Source: Selaginella moellendorffii
Lineage: Eukaryota > Plantae > Lycopodiophyta
DNA length: 64,000 nt
Assembly (NCBI RefSeq): GCF_000143415.4
Contig: NW_003314273.1
Coordinates: 1,580,052-1,644,051, forward strand
Direction: 5' to 3'
The notes beneath the pieces are model-generated. The model saw nothing but the letters and a program-made list of their open reading frames with translations. It was not told the origin of the DNA and searched no databases. This document shows positions 1 through 12,724 of this stretch, in pieces. The position numbers were made by a program, and so were the translations under genes. Position 1 is the first letter of the stretch, and each line of letters begins with the position of its first letter.

Positions 1-212
1 ATTTGGATCTCGGACTCTGTCTCAAACTCGGTCTCGAACTTAGTCTCTGATTCGGCCTCGGACTCAATCCCGGACTTTATCTCAAACTCGGTCTCAGAGT
101 CGGTCTTGGACTCGATCTTCGACTCGGTCCTATCTGATGAACTCTTTGTCATTTTGGTCATGCTTTCGGGGATCTTTTGGCCTATGACACCTTGGTGAGT
201 TGGTTCCTTACA
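1..212 (-). repeat. Family-A LTR (partial; 3' LTR of copy A1)
   Basis: Carries the GACTCGGTCTCG-type internal repeats and ends GGTTCCTTACA at 212. It is followed by the PPT complement ACTGCACCACCCAT, as at 11935 and 23252. Confidence 0.85.
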
Positions 213-1598
213 ACTGCACCACCCATAGAAGAAGTTCGATGCCCACATCGAATGTCTCTCTTTTTTATCCTACAACTTGTTGACCATGTCTCCGGGGGCA
301 TCCCCCCACTTAGCGGTGTGCCTAAGTTAGCCTCCCCGGCCAAGAGCCAATGACAACGGAATATAGGTGTCCCTATACTCCTCACCTCACCATGCCCTAG
401 TATGGGGTCGGGACTTGAACCCAGCCTTGCTTTACTAGGGGGTTGGGACTCGAACCCAACCTCTGTAAAATACGTCTACGGATTCGACATCCCCGTTGGG
501 AGTCGGGCATAGTTCCCTACACCTGGTTGACCTAGCTAACCCATGCTAATTAGCTTACCTTCGGCGCACCTTCGGTCCCAACATATGCTATTGCTCAAAT
601 TCACAAATTGATACTTGATCTGAGATAATGTCTTCTGGCCTTCCCCGCACTCAAACCACTTGTTCGAAGAACAGCTTCGCCACACCTTCCGCATCCACTT
701 CCGTTGTGGTGGGTATGAAATGTGCCATATTCGAAAATCAATCCACCACCACGAATATCGCATCGAACCCCTCGCTTGGAGGGAGTCCGGTGATAAAGTC
801 CATCGTAAGACATTTCCACGGACGATCTGGAATTGGGATGCTTTGTAACAAGCCCCCACTAGCCTTAGTCACGGCTTTGACCTGCTGATATGTTGGACAT
901 GTCTTTCCATAGTCTTGGACGTCCTTAGCCATATCTGGCCAGTGGTACTTCCTCTTGAGTAAGCCCATTGTCTTTGGCACTTCGCCGTGTCCCGCAAGAG
1001 GTCCGTCATGACACTCTTCTAAGGCTACCTTCCTTAGTTCCCCTTCTGGAACATACACCCTCGTTTGCTTGTAATATATGAGTCTGTTGTGTTCCACATA
1101 AGCCTGTTTTCTCTTCCATTGGCAACTCACCTCTCTGGTGAGCTTCCCGTGCCTCTAGATTCCTTAGCAACACTTCTTGTGCTAAACCATCATTCTCATA
1201 TGCAGTCAACACATCATCCCAAAAGGTTGCTGTCACGCTGGATATCGCTAACTTCAAGCTCGCTTTTCGACTTAGCGCATCTGCCATGATGTTGCTCTTC
1301 CCAGGCTTGTACAGAATCTCGCAATCAAACTCGGCCAAGGCATCCGTGAGTTTGTCTCTTTTCGCTTGACTCCCCCACATACTTGTTCGCTAGCCACCGG
1401 ATTTGCCTTTCCAGAACCCCGAGGACTCATTCTTAGAGAAACTCTTCTTGAATTTCCCTTTGCTATATGTTCCCCTTGGTTTGGCCCCTTTGTTAAATGT
1501 GGACCCCGACCCCGTCACGTTCCCCTTTCACAGGTTATTGTTGAAATCCACCTTGATGGCCGCATCCAATGCTTCCTTGTAGTTGGTCGGGTTCCAGC

Positions 1599-2745
1599 TG
1601 TTGCGAATGTGACTTCAGGTATCGAAAGTTACCTGTCGGCTAGTCCTTATGGACACTCTTACCTTACTCCCACAATGGCAGGAGGTCGGTATTGTTGGAC
1701 CCGTTATTAGTCTCCGCCTAAGCTAGTTGAGAAACTGGTCATCACATGTGCACTTAGACCGGAAGGGCACTAAGGAAGGAAATCCTAAGTTGTCATTTAG
1801 TCAAGCAGAGTTGACACGGTGATGAGAAACTCATGATGTTGACTTGCACTTGCTAGTGTTGGGAACCCCCGCGATATTGAGATTGGTCCCTCAATATCGC
1901 TAGATGATAGCTTACCGTGTCTGCCAAACACCCTCGCTATCATGCCCTTTGTGTTAGTCTCATTTCGGTCCCAAATACTATTTATGGAAAGTGTCTAGAT
2001 TTGCTTATTTGGCATATCTACGGAATGTAGAGATCGGCCTGAACACAATGGTGTTCGTCCCGTGTCCAAATTCGCATTCTAGTGCCATTCCATATTTAGT
2101 AAGTTTCGAGCTTGTCCCAGAGACTAACTCTTGATACTAAAGGAGGCTTGGGGTGAAAGCCCAAAGCGTGTGTTCCTCAACGGGGGGGGGGGGGGGGGGG
2201 GGCTGTGGGGGGTTCCAAATGTATAGTAGGGATAGTGGGTAGGTCGGGCATGGCCGACCAACCTGAAGCATAGTCTAGCTCCCGCTTGTGTGCCTGTCCT
2301 TGTTCTGCGTCCCGCTTGGGTCTAAGCCCAAGTTCCATTCCATGCTAGTTGGTGGAGTACCCATATTCTCACGTTAGGCCACCGGTATGCCAAAATAGCG
2401 CCAGACTCCATTTGGCTCTGTTTTGCGTGCTGGTCCTGGCATTGGGATGCTGGTTGCTCCAGGACTGTTCCAAGTTGCTCTGGGCTCCTGTCCCTTCGCT
2501 CCTTGGGCTTTATGCTCGGGAGTTGCTCCGTGGTTCGGTTCCGTCACTCCCGTGCTCCATGCTTGGGAGTTTGGCACCATTCCTTTGTTCAGTGGCCCAA
2601 GGCCTTGAACCTCAGGTTTCTATGGACACGTGGCATGGACACGTGGCATCTGTCATGTGGCACAAAGAGGGTTTAGGTTCCGCTTTGTGGTGTTATCCTA
2701 TGGTAAATCACCATAGGATAAAGGGTCAAAACCACGTGCGCTACA
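1599..2745. mobile_element. Solo LTR (1147 bp) of another family inserted in A1 gag
   Basis: TG...CA ends and 5-bp TSD CCAGC (1594-1598, 2746-2750). Removing it restores GGTTCCAGCGCATCACC, as in the intact copy at ~21807. Confidence 0.9.
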
Positions 2746-3908
2746 CCAGCGCATCACCTCACTACGAGCCTAGGTTTGCAAACTTGATATGAAGGCATGG
2801 AACACATCCATATCCCCCATGTCTGTGACAAGTATCCTCTTTGCCATAAACCCATTCACATACTCTGAATGGTTCCGGTCTACTTCAGCCTACTCAGGTC
2901 GTCTCTTAGATCCAGAGTAGCATTCGGAGGAATGTAAGTTGCGCGGATCCTCGCCTTCATCATGTCCCATGTGGCCACCGGTCCTTTATTGGCCTCCATC
3001 GTTCTCCACCAAGACTTGGCATTATCTGCCAAGTATGGTTTTGCACATGGGACCTTCTCCGAGCTCGGTAATCACAATGCTCGGAAGTAGTCCTCCATAT
3101 CGTAAAACTAATCCTCCACCACTTTATAGTCATTCACTCCCTTGAAGACCGGTGGGGGCTTTGGTTTGTACTTGGGAACTGTCTGAGGGACTGATTCTAC
3201 TTCTACAGCCAGAGGGATCAATTCCACTTCGGTCTATTCGACCTTATTTGGTTCTGCCTCAGTCCCTACCAAAGGGTCTGCACCTTCTGCGCTGCCAGCA
3301 TCCGCAGTCTTTCGCTTTTTCTTCCGCTTCTTGTCACGCTTTAGCTTGCGTATGAGAGTCTCCAGCAGGGCATTGGTCTGTGCCAACTGTCCTTCTAGAA
3401 CGTCCAATCGAGCCTTGGACAACCGAACCTCACCACCGGACTCCTGTTTGGAAGTTTCCTCACTGGAGTCCTCCTCATGCAAGGATTCCTCATCCATAGC
3501 CTCTTCTTCGACCGGAGGCTCCAGCTCTGGAGGAGGTTGCGTCTCTGCCTTGGTTCGCTTCCGCCCTACCTTTGCCATCTCCCAGCAATCCGCCTCTATC
3601 CTTCGCTAGAACTGAGGAAAAGGCTCCAAAACCAAATTGTAAGCCACAAATTTTTCCTTTCTAATTTGCCAGCTTACCTCGTCTACCCGTCCAACACTGC
3701 ATTGGCTTTTGCTAAGTTCCCTCGCCAAGGTTCCATCCTAAGGTACCAGCTCCTACTTGGGCCTACTTCGTTTCAGCTACTCACTGCATGAGCAACGGAG
3801 CGTTAGCCATCCATCCATGGATTCCCAAATCTCTCCCAATCCCACTCCTCGGGTTAGACTGGACTTAAGGTTCGGCTACACTCCCCACAGGCACAAGCAG
3901 CCAAGCAC

Positions 3909-6900
3909 TGTTGGGGGAAGGAGGGGCGCTTCCCCGAACGCTCGCTCAAACACGATAAATGCTTCACTGCTCTCTGCAAAAATGCCCCCCCCCTTGCCCT
4001 TGTGAGGCAAGGGTTTTATATATGGAAGGTTGGGAATATTCTGAGGACCAGAATATTCCCTCTCTCTCTCTCACTCTCTCGGTGGCCACGCCCTAACATG
4101 CGACCACGGTGGATCACGCTGGCTCTAGACACGTGAGAACCCTCTGACGAGTGTAGAGTGTACCTCTGCTACTGATGCCAAGTGCTAGTAGCTGCGTGAA
4201 ATAGTAGAAACTCTAGAAAACAAAGTGGAAAAGACAGAAAAGAGGTAGGTGTGAAGTTTGGAGACAAGGAGGAAAACCCAGTGGGAAACCCTGTAGTCAA
4301 ACTGGACCCTGAAGTTGAATAAAAGTGTAGAAAAAGTATGAAAAGAGGAGGAAAATAGAGGAAAAAGAACGTGAGTACCCAAAGAACTTAACCCGTACCT
4401 GGATTTCGGCTCAGGAAAGTGTAATATGCAAATGCAACCTCTTGATGACTTCCGGTATGCTCCAAGGATTGGCCGAAATCGAGAAAGAAAGAGAGGTAGA
4501 AGAGGGGATGCGTTGCCCAAGAGTGGTAAGTGTGGGAATGATGAAAGATGGAGTGATATGGTGGAGCACCGAGATGGTGGTGGCACTTTGAAAAAGTGGC
4601 CATTGATAGCCGTTGGCCCGTAGAGTAAGCGCAGACCACTCAGAGTAGCTGGTAATTGGTAACCAGTAGCCGGGTACCTGTAACTGGTAACCACCCGCTC
4701 TCGCTCCTACTCTTGCGCCTGCTCCGGCACCGATATGGTGGAGTGATATAGTGGAGCGCCGAGACAGTGGTGGCACCCTGAGAAGGTGGCCATTCTGATG
4801 TGTCAGACTGAAGAAGTCAGCAACCGAAAAGGACGGCGTAGTCGCTGTGTTGCCGGGAAAGAGAGGTGGCATGTGTCCACTGAGTGCTGGAGCAGAAGAA
4901 AGTGGCTTCGGCTTCCGTGGCCTGGCCTAAAGATGCACCTAGCTGGCTTGAGTGAACAGGTTCACTTCGTTGGAAAAAAGTTGCTCCAGAAAATCTAGTG
5001 CATCATCGGCAAATGGTCATAAGGACATCCCAGAAATGGCACGTCCAAATGAGGTGGTGTCTGTTGCTGCTGGTGCATATATGTGTGTCCGTGGTATGGT
5101 GTAAATGTGACCTCAAACAGAGATGTGAATGATGGTGAAAGAATGAAAGATGCAAGACGGGCATCTAGAGATAAGTGTGGGCAATGCTGCTGGGAGTGAG
5201 TGGTGATGGAACTGTGAGTGTAGATGATATGGAATGAGTGAGGGGAATGTGTGGGGTATAGTAATGGTAAGAGAAGGGCCAAAAAACCTGGAACATAGAC
5301 CGAGCCAAGTGAGGAACCTCCATACAAATGGCAATGGAACCTGAGCACGAAATCCAAGGCATGGGCCATAGTCCAATGGAGAAATACCCTCTGAAAGTAA
5401 GAAAAGTAGCCATGAAAGTAAAGTGAAAGAAAGGAAGAAAAAGAAAAAGAAAAAGAAGAGAAGAGGAACGCCTCACCGGATGAAGCGTTTGAGATGAGAG
5501 TGGTTGTGAGCGTGTGGGAGCTCACGTCCTTTAGCATCAACTAGCACATATGCTCCACCTCCAATGTGTCGTTGGACAAAGTAGGGGCCGGTCCAGCGTG
5601 GGGAGAACTTCGAAGGTGGCGTAAACTCCTTGAGTAGAACGAGATCGCCATCCTCGAATGGTTCGGCAGACCGCTGGTGATCGATGACTGACTTGATCTT
5701 CTGCTTGCCTCGAAGGAGATGTTCCGACGTGGATCGTCGCTGTTCTTCCAAGGCAAGAACCTCCAAGTCACGTGCATGAAGCTTGTCTTCATCGCTAAGT
5801 TGCATCGCTGCTGTGTATCAAAGTGAAAGTGAGAGTGATGGAACTTGGATCTCTACTGGAAGTACGGCCTCTGTCCCATAGATAAGGGAGAATGGGGTCG
5901 CAGAGATGGATGTCTTGAAGGATGTCCGAAAGGCCTACAACGCCGTAACCAACTATTCGTGCCAACGCCTTGGGTGATCCTCCACAAGCTTTGAGATGAC
6001 TGTCTTTTATTTTGTTGCTGGATTCTGCCTGGCCATTGCACTCTGGATAATAGCTGCTGCTTTTCATGTGCTTAACCTGCAGTTGCTGGAGAAGATGCTG
6101 CATCACCTGTCCAAGGAAGCCGCTGCCACGATCGGAAACCAAAACAGCAGGAACTCCAAATCGGCAAATGATGTACTCGTAGACAAACTTTGCTGTAGAC
6201 TGTTGATCTGCCTATCGCAAAGGGGTGGCCTCGACCCATTTTGTGAAATAGTCCATCGCCACGATGATGTATCGCTGTCCTTTTGAGCTCGGTGGGTTGA
6301 TTGGGCCAACAAAGTCAAGTCCCCACTGGAAAAAGGGTCCCGGAGAAGTGATGAGCTGGAAAGGAAGACGTGGAACATGGCTCCGGGGATTGAATCGTTG
6401 GCACTGCTCGCATGCCTTTGCATAGGCCAAGCTGTCCTGGTGAATCCGAGGCCAAAAGTAGCCATGGCGCAAGAGGAGCTGTGTTGTAACCCGTCCCGAG
6501 AAATGCCCCGTACAAGAGTGGCAAGCATGAAGGAGCTCAGGGACCTCGTGTTCCCCCACACACCGCAACAAAACTTCCTGAGAAGTCCTCCTGTAAAGGT
6601 GTCCGTCAAGAAGGCAAAACCCCCGTGCTCGGATCTCCAACACCTTTTGTTGTACTGGTGAGGAATCTGCTGGGAACTGACCTAAATCCAGGTATACTGC
6701 AACATCCTGTAATGCTGCTGGGACCACAAAGGAGGTAGCCTTAGCAACCAGGAACTCGCTCGGATCCATCACACGCTTCCACCGCATATGAAAAGTTGGT
6801 TGGAACTCTTGGATGGTCACAATCCAAGATAAAGTACGAGGACTGTGAACCGGTCACTGTAAAAGAAAGGTTAGCACATTAAAATAGACGTGGAAATGGA

Positions 6901-9900
6901 TACGGGCTCTAGCAAGAAAGTGACGGAATCGCTCCAAGGTGTAAACAACAGCCACTGCTTCTTTTTCCGCATCCACATATTTCTTTTTATTCTCCTTGAA
7001 CGAATGTGAGGCATAATATGTTGCATGTGGTGGCTTGCCAGGTTGTGAACATTGGCAAAGGCATACTCCAAAAGCCTCTGTACCCATTGTGATGTAAATG
7101 TCAAAAGGAAGTTGTCGTTCTGGTGGTTGGAGTACCGGGGCGATGCGGAGTGACTGCTGTAGTGATTCAAAGGCTTGTTGTTGGGACTCACCCCAGATAA
7201 ATGGAACACTGTGTTGTAACAAAGCTACCAGAGGCCGTGAACGTGCAGCATAGTTGTGGATGAAACGGCGAAAGAAACCCATTTGCCCAAGGAAGCTGCA
7301 AAGCTGTTTCAAGTTGGTTGGTGGGTTCCGATCCAAAATCTCTTGAGCTTTGGCTACCTGGGGTTTGATCCCATCCTGCGAGACATCAAAGCCTAGTAAC
7401 CAGCCTTCAGTCACCCCAAATTTACACTTTGCCGGGTTCAACAAAAACCTGTGTTATCGGCAGCGAGTGAAGATCTGTTCCAAGTGCATAAGGTGATCCT
7501 CAAAGGAGTCAGAGGTCGTGCACAGATCATCCATATACACCCTCAAGGCGCCTCTAATCAAGTCGTGAAAGGTGTGGGTCATAAAGTGCTGAAAATTAGC
7601 TCCGGCGTTACACAAGCCGAATGGGAGGATGTTGAAAGCAAAGATGCCCCAAGGTGTCCGGAAGGCCGTAAGATCGCGATGATCCGGATGAATGAAGATC
7701 TGGTTATACCCTGAAAAGCCATCCATGAAAGAGTAGTACCGGTGGCCAGCCATCTCATCCACAATCGCATCGATAAACAGAGTTGGAAAGTGATCTTTTG
7801 CAGTTGCCTTGTTCAAGTCTCGAAAGTCAACATAGAGGTGGAGTTTTCCATTTTCTTTGCGTGCAGGGACGAGATTGGCCACCCACTCTGAGCTCTCCAA
7901 AGGGTAAATAAAGCCGGCTGCCAGAAGTCACTCGATCTCCAACTTCATCTCTGAGTGAGCTGCCGGGCTGAAACGCCGCATTTTTTGACGGACTGGTTTG
8001 GCTGAATCTGAAAGCACGATACTGTGCATGATTGTGTCCATGGGAATTCCTGGGAGCTGGCTGTAGTCCCAAGCAAACACGTCCTTAAAACAGTGAAGGA
8101 GATCCAAGAGCTTTGCTGCGTTTGTTGAAGCAAGTGATGTGGCGATAAAGACTAGGTCTTTGTCATCACCTAGAAAAACGGCATGAACCCTAGAGTCTGG
8201 AGAAACCTTGGGCTCAGGGGGCTCTATCTTTGATTCCTCCATGACTCTAGAAACCAAAGAGCAGGGATTGCCTTTAGCTTCTCGCATCATGGTGATTGCA
8301 TGGTGAGATAACCTGTTTGCCCAAAAGTTTTCTTCACGGGGGACACTTTGAAAAGACACCTCAGAGAACTCATCCTTCAGGTTGACCGCCCGCTGCCATA
8401 GCTCTTTCAGGTTCTCTTTGCGGACTTGGTATTCTCCAGTAAGTTAGCGTATGATGAGTTGCACATCTCCAACGAAAGTCCCTAAACTTGAGATCTATGG
8501 CCAGCTTCATGGCAATGATGGCCGCCAAGTACTCTGCTTCATTAGCTAATGTTGCTGGCAAAGTGATAGAGAGGTCGGCTACTTTGTTCTCCGCAGAATC
8601 AATCATCCAAACTCCAATGCCAGCAACCTGGTTTTTGGGGCAGAAAGCACCGTCAAAATAAGCTGTAATCATAGAAGTGGCCTCTTCCACAAATAAAGAT
8701 GCTGGGGACACCACATCCGGCAAGACCGTCTCTGGTAAGTCTGGTAAGAACGTTGTTGTTGGATCCGGAGTCTTTGTTTGTTGTTCTCTTTGCTTCTGAT
8801 GCTCTGAGTGTTCGATGTCCAATGCAAGGACTGCAGCCAGGTACTCCGCAAGTGAAGGGAGATCCTCCACCGAAGTCCAGTCCAAGTCTAGTGCTAAAGT
8901 TTCAGTGTAATACCCTTGGATCTGTACCGGGGGCTCCACGGTAGGAAATTCTGAACTCAAAGAGCTATAACTTGCATGCAGCACGTCTGATTTGCCTGAT
9001 TCCTCCTGCCAGTTGTGTGACTGGATGTCATCTTCCATCTCCAAAAAACAGCATGACAAAATACACTCGGAGTCGTCAGCTACCGCAATTTCAGTAGGAA
9101 GATGTTGGCTATGTAACACCACAGATAGTTGTTGAGGAGGATTGAGTTTGGCTGTGTCCTGCGAAAGATGGGCCTGGTCTGGAGCGACTGTGTCATCTAG
9201 CTCCATAAGAGAAAGTCAGTCCCATGCAAGAAACGAGTCGAGAAGCCCTTCCTCTATCAAGAGACACTCCGGAAAGCTGGATGTAGCAGCCCGTACTCTA
9301 TAAGCCCTATCATTGAATAAAGAGGGCCTGTCTAGAGGCTTGGCCTTACTCTCAAATAAAGAGAGTGAAGCTGAGAGATGTCTTGGGCTACCTGACTCAC
9401 CTCCAACCATGTCAATCGCATTGCATGAGAAAGCATCCATCATATAGATGGTCGATGCCCCTGCCAACTCAGGAAAAACCTCTGTGAGCTCAGGAGGAAA
9501 GTATGGTGTAGAGGCCATCTTAGTCTGAGCTTGCTGGGCTTGCTGAGAAAGAGAAAGCTTGCTGGGCTTGTTGAGAGTGCTCGCTGGTGTTCCTGACCAT
9601 GCAAACTCCTCTAAACGCTGGCCGAATCCCGGGACAAGACACAACATCTCTCGGAGCGAAAAGGTGACGGGAGTGTCAACTAGCTGTTGAAGAACCGGCT
9701 CCGGAACAGGATTAGCTGTTGGTGAGATCTCAGGAGGAGAAGAGAAAAGTGACTTGAAGGGGAGTTTACAAGCCACCCTCTGTGTCACTAGGCCTGATGC
9801 TAACGGAGATTTGCTCTCAACTGGCGCTGGGGGATCTGTGGCAGGCTGAGCGGCTACCTTCTTCTTCGCTTGGGCTCGAGTGGCTGTGGTTTGCTGTTGT

Positions 9901-10887
9901 TGCCTATAGAGTTCCTCGGCTACCAAAATCGTGTTGACCGATGAGGTTGGTGCCTTGCCTTTGCTTGACGAAGGGGTGGCCTCAATTGCTTGTCTCTCCA
10001 ATTGCTCCTGATATGTCTCTGGACCCCGAGACGATGTGGAATTATCAGCAAAGGGATGTTGTTGGATACGTTTAGAAGATGGAGGCCGAAGCTCTAGGTG
10101 AAGCTTGAAGCAGCGTTGTGTGTTGTGTGTGTTTGTTTTGCAATGAGTGCACCAACGGGACTTAAATTTGCATTCCCGAGCTATAGTGGCCTCTTTCCTG
10201 GACTCCACCAGCTCTTGGAGCAGTTTGTCATGGTGGGACTGCTGTTGAAGAATGATCTCCTTTAGCTGCCGCATCTCGTTGGCAAAGTTCTCAAGAGCCG
10301 GAGGTGTATGCTCAATAGCAACAGGCTTTGGTATGGATGGGCGAACAGCTGCACAAGGTGACTCTGACGGGGTGATGGCTTGGTCGAAATCAATTCTAGC
10401 AATCCCTAAGTCAGCCAGAAGCTCTCTTTCCAACTTCGTAGCAAGTGAAAATGCCTCACGGCAAGACCTGAAAGTCTTCTTAAGAAGTTTCCACTGCAGG
10501 TTCCCACGTAGACCCGCTGTGAATGCCGTGATCCCCTATTGCTCATCTTGGACTACTCTGCAATCCCAACACTGCTTCCAATAAGCTGGAAAGCGTGTGA
10601 TGTAATCAGGAACAGTCTCGTGAGCACCCTGTCGGAATGAAAAGAGGTCGACAAGTAGCCGATTTGTGGGTTTTTCCTCAACGAAGCGTTCTCTGAAAGA
10701 AGCAAGTAGTGTCTGGAAGTCTGTCCGATCCTCTGGGAGGAGTGAATCTGCCCAAATGGCTGCTTTGCCTTCAAGAGACTGCAGGAAGTCGCGGCACATA
10801 CGATCATCATCAATGATCATATTTGTGGTGCAATAGTAATCAAAGCGACTGATATGCGATGTTGGAGAGACTGTTCCAACACCTGAG
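3909..10887 (-). mobile_element. Non-chromovirus Ty3/Gypsy 'B' (TatI-like: gag-[prot]-aRH-RT-RH-INT), 5' end missing
   Basis: Starts TGTTGG inside the A LTR. Gag 10536-10820 and 9216-10433 (CTHCKTNTHNTQRC). Extra RNase H 8370-9206 and 7928-8359 (YFDGA, NEAEYLA, VPREENFWANRL). RT 7454-7900 (YMDD), RH 6854-7444, INT 6212-6820 and 5795-6142, WTGPY in 5473-5805. Many stops and frameshifts. Confidence 0.85.
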
Positions 10888-11934
10888 TGTAAGCCACAAA
10901 TTTTTCCTTTCCAATTTGCCAGCTTATCTCGTTTATCCGTCCAACACTACCTTGGCTTTTGCTAAGTTCTCTTGCCAAGGTTCTCGCCTATGGTACCAGC
11001 TCCTACTTGGTTTCAGCTACTCACTGCACGAGCAATGGAGTGTTAGCCATCCATCCACGGATTCCCAAATCACTCCCAATCCCCCTCCCCGGGTTAGACT
11101 GGACTTAAAGTTCGGCTACACTCCCCGCAAGAACAAGCAGCCAAGCACACCAAGCTTCCAGGTTCCTAACATCCCTTGGTACCACAAGACGTGATCATGG
11201 GACCCTCTAAATCCCAAGTCTTGAGTGCAACACTTGCTTCGGGACGCTGGGGCAAAACACCGTGGCCTAACGGCTCGGTATGGGTACCTCTACCCCCCCC
11301 ACTTCCATCTCGAAGGAAGGCCCAAGCCCCTAGGAAGGGCGACGACCAATGAGCCGCATGGTACTCAAGTGGGCACCACTCCACATGAGCCGGGAGCACC
11401 GCAATTGGTTTCCCTTTCGGGAGTGGGAGCTGCTCTTGAGTACTTCCTTGGATGGCCCCTCCGGCACCAACCAAGTCCATGCTCACTCCCACCCAAGGCC
11501 CCTCGGTCCCAGTCTCAACCTCCCCCCCCCCCCTGTGAGACGCACGCTTTGGGCTTTCACCCCTTGACCCGTATTAGTATTTGGACTTAGTCTCTGGCTC
11601 GATCTCGGCCTCGATTTCAGATCCGACTTCGGATTTGGTCTCGGACACGATCTCGGACTCGATCTCGGACCCGATCTCGGTCCCGACCTCAGACTCGACC
11701 TCGAACTCGGTCTCGGACCCGATTTCGGCTCTCGGACTCCGTCTCGAACTCGGTCTCGAACTCGGTCCCCGAGTCGGCCTCGGACTCGATTCCGGACTGT
11801 ATCTCGAACTCGGTCCCCGAGTCGGTCTTGGACTCGATCTTCGACTTGGTCCCATCCGATGAACTCTTTGTCATTTTGGTCAAGCTTTCGGGGTTCCTTT
11901 AGCCTACAACACTTCGGCAAATTGGTTCCTTACA
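10888..11934 (-). repeat. Family-A LTR (3' LTR of copy A2)
   Basis: TGTAAGCCAC...GGTTCCTTACA with a PPT adjacent at 11935-11948; interrupts the gag of element B. Confidence 0.9.
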
Positions 11935-12724
11935 ACTCCAACACCCATAGAAGAAGTTCGATGCCCACATCGAACGTCTCTCTTTTTGATCTTACGACTT
12001 GTTGACCATGTCTCCGGGGGCATCCCCCCATGAAAACTCCTGGGAATCTCTAAACTGGGAGGAAACGTCCACACGAGATCTTCCTAGGAGATTCAAATCT
12101 AATCTAGTCCCTAAAACTAAAACTACACTATGAGAAGCGAGCACTTACCTGCTTGTGCCAATGCAAGACAAGATTGTAGACACGAGCAAGAAGGTGCTAG
12201 TCCCACGCCTTTGATCCCTTGAAGGCGGTGGGTAAGTAAGACATTGCTGTGAAGAGCCGAAGAGATAGGTAGAATGACGATGTATTGCAATGTATTTTGT
12301 ATTAGGGATAAGTCTAAAAACATTCTAAGTCCTACTTTTATAGTCGCTACTGCTCACGTCAAGGTTAGGAATACAGTCCTAACCTTGAACCTCTCAAGTT
12401 TACTTTCCTAAGCTTGAATCCTCAAGCTTGTCTTTTTCTCCCTTCTCCACTCTCCCACGACTGCCTTGTGCTGCGTCCCGCAGTCACTGCTCCATTGCTG
12501 CATCGTGGGTAGCTGCTCCCTCATGTGGCTCCTCCTCCTCTTCCTCCTCTTCATAAGTCTGAGCTGCTTCCTCAAAGTCTTGTGATCTGAATTTGACCAG
12601 CTTCTTCCCGAGATCAGTTGCACAAATGCCTCTTCTTGAAACTTTAAACATCCGACTTGAAACAGCCACGACTTCTCTTGGACGGCTTTCAGTTTTGCTG
12701 CTTTAGTACTTACTTCCTCTACTC

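Larger units (their letters stand above)
1..3908 (-). mobile_element. Ty3/Gypsy family-A copy A1, internally deleted (3'UTR, partial INT/RH, gag; no PROT/RT)
   Basis: ORFs 738-1130 (INT zinc finger ECHDGPLAGH...CPTYQQ, MDFITGLP), 1006-1380 and 3234-3578 (Gag N-terminus) match copies A2/A3. Deletion junctions lie near 612 and 1342. A degenerate PBS precedes LTR start TGTAAGCCAC at 3638. Confidence 0.85.

Noticed and set aside
11574-11920. Ser/Asp/Glu/Arg-repeat ORFs (also 22879-23219, 40081-40399, 42188-42802, 62804-63079)
   Set aside because: Translations of LTR tandem repeats that are open in several frames on both strands.
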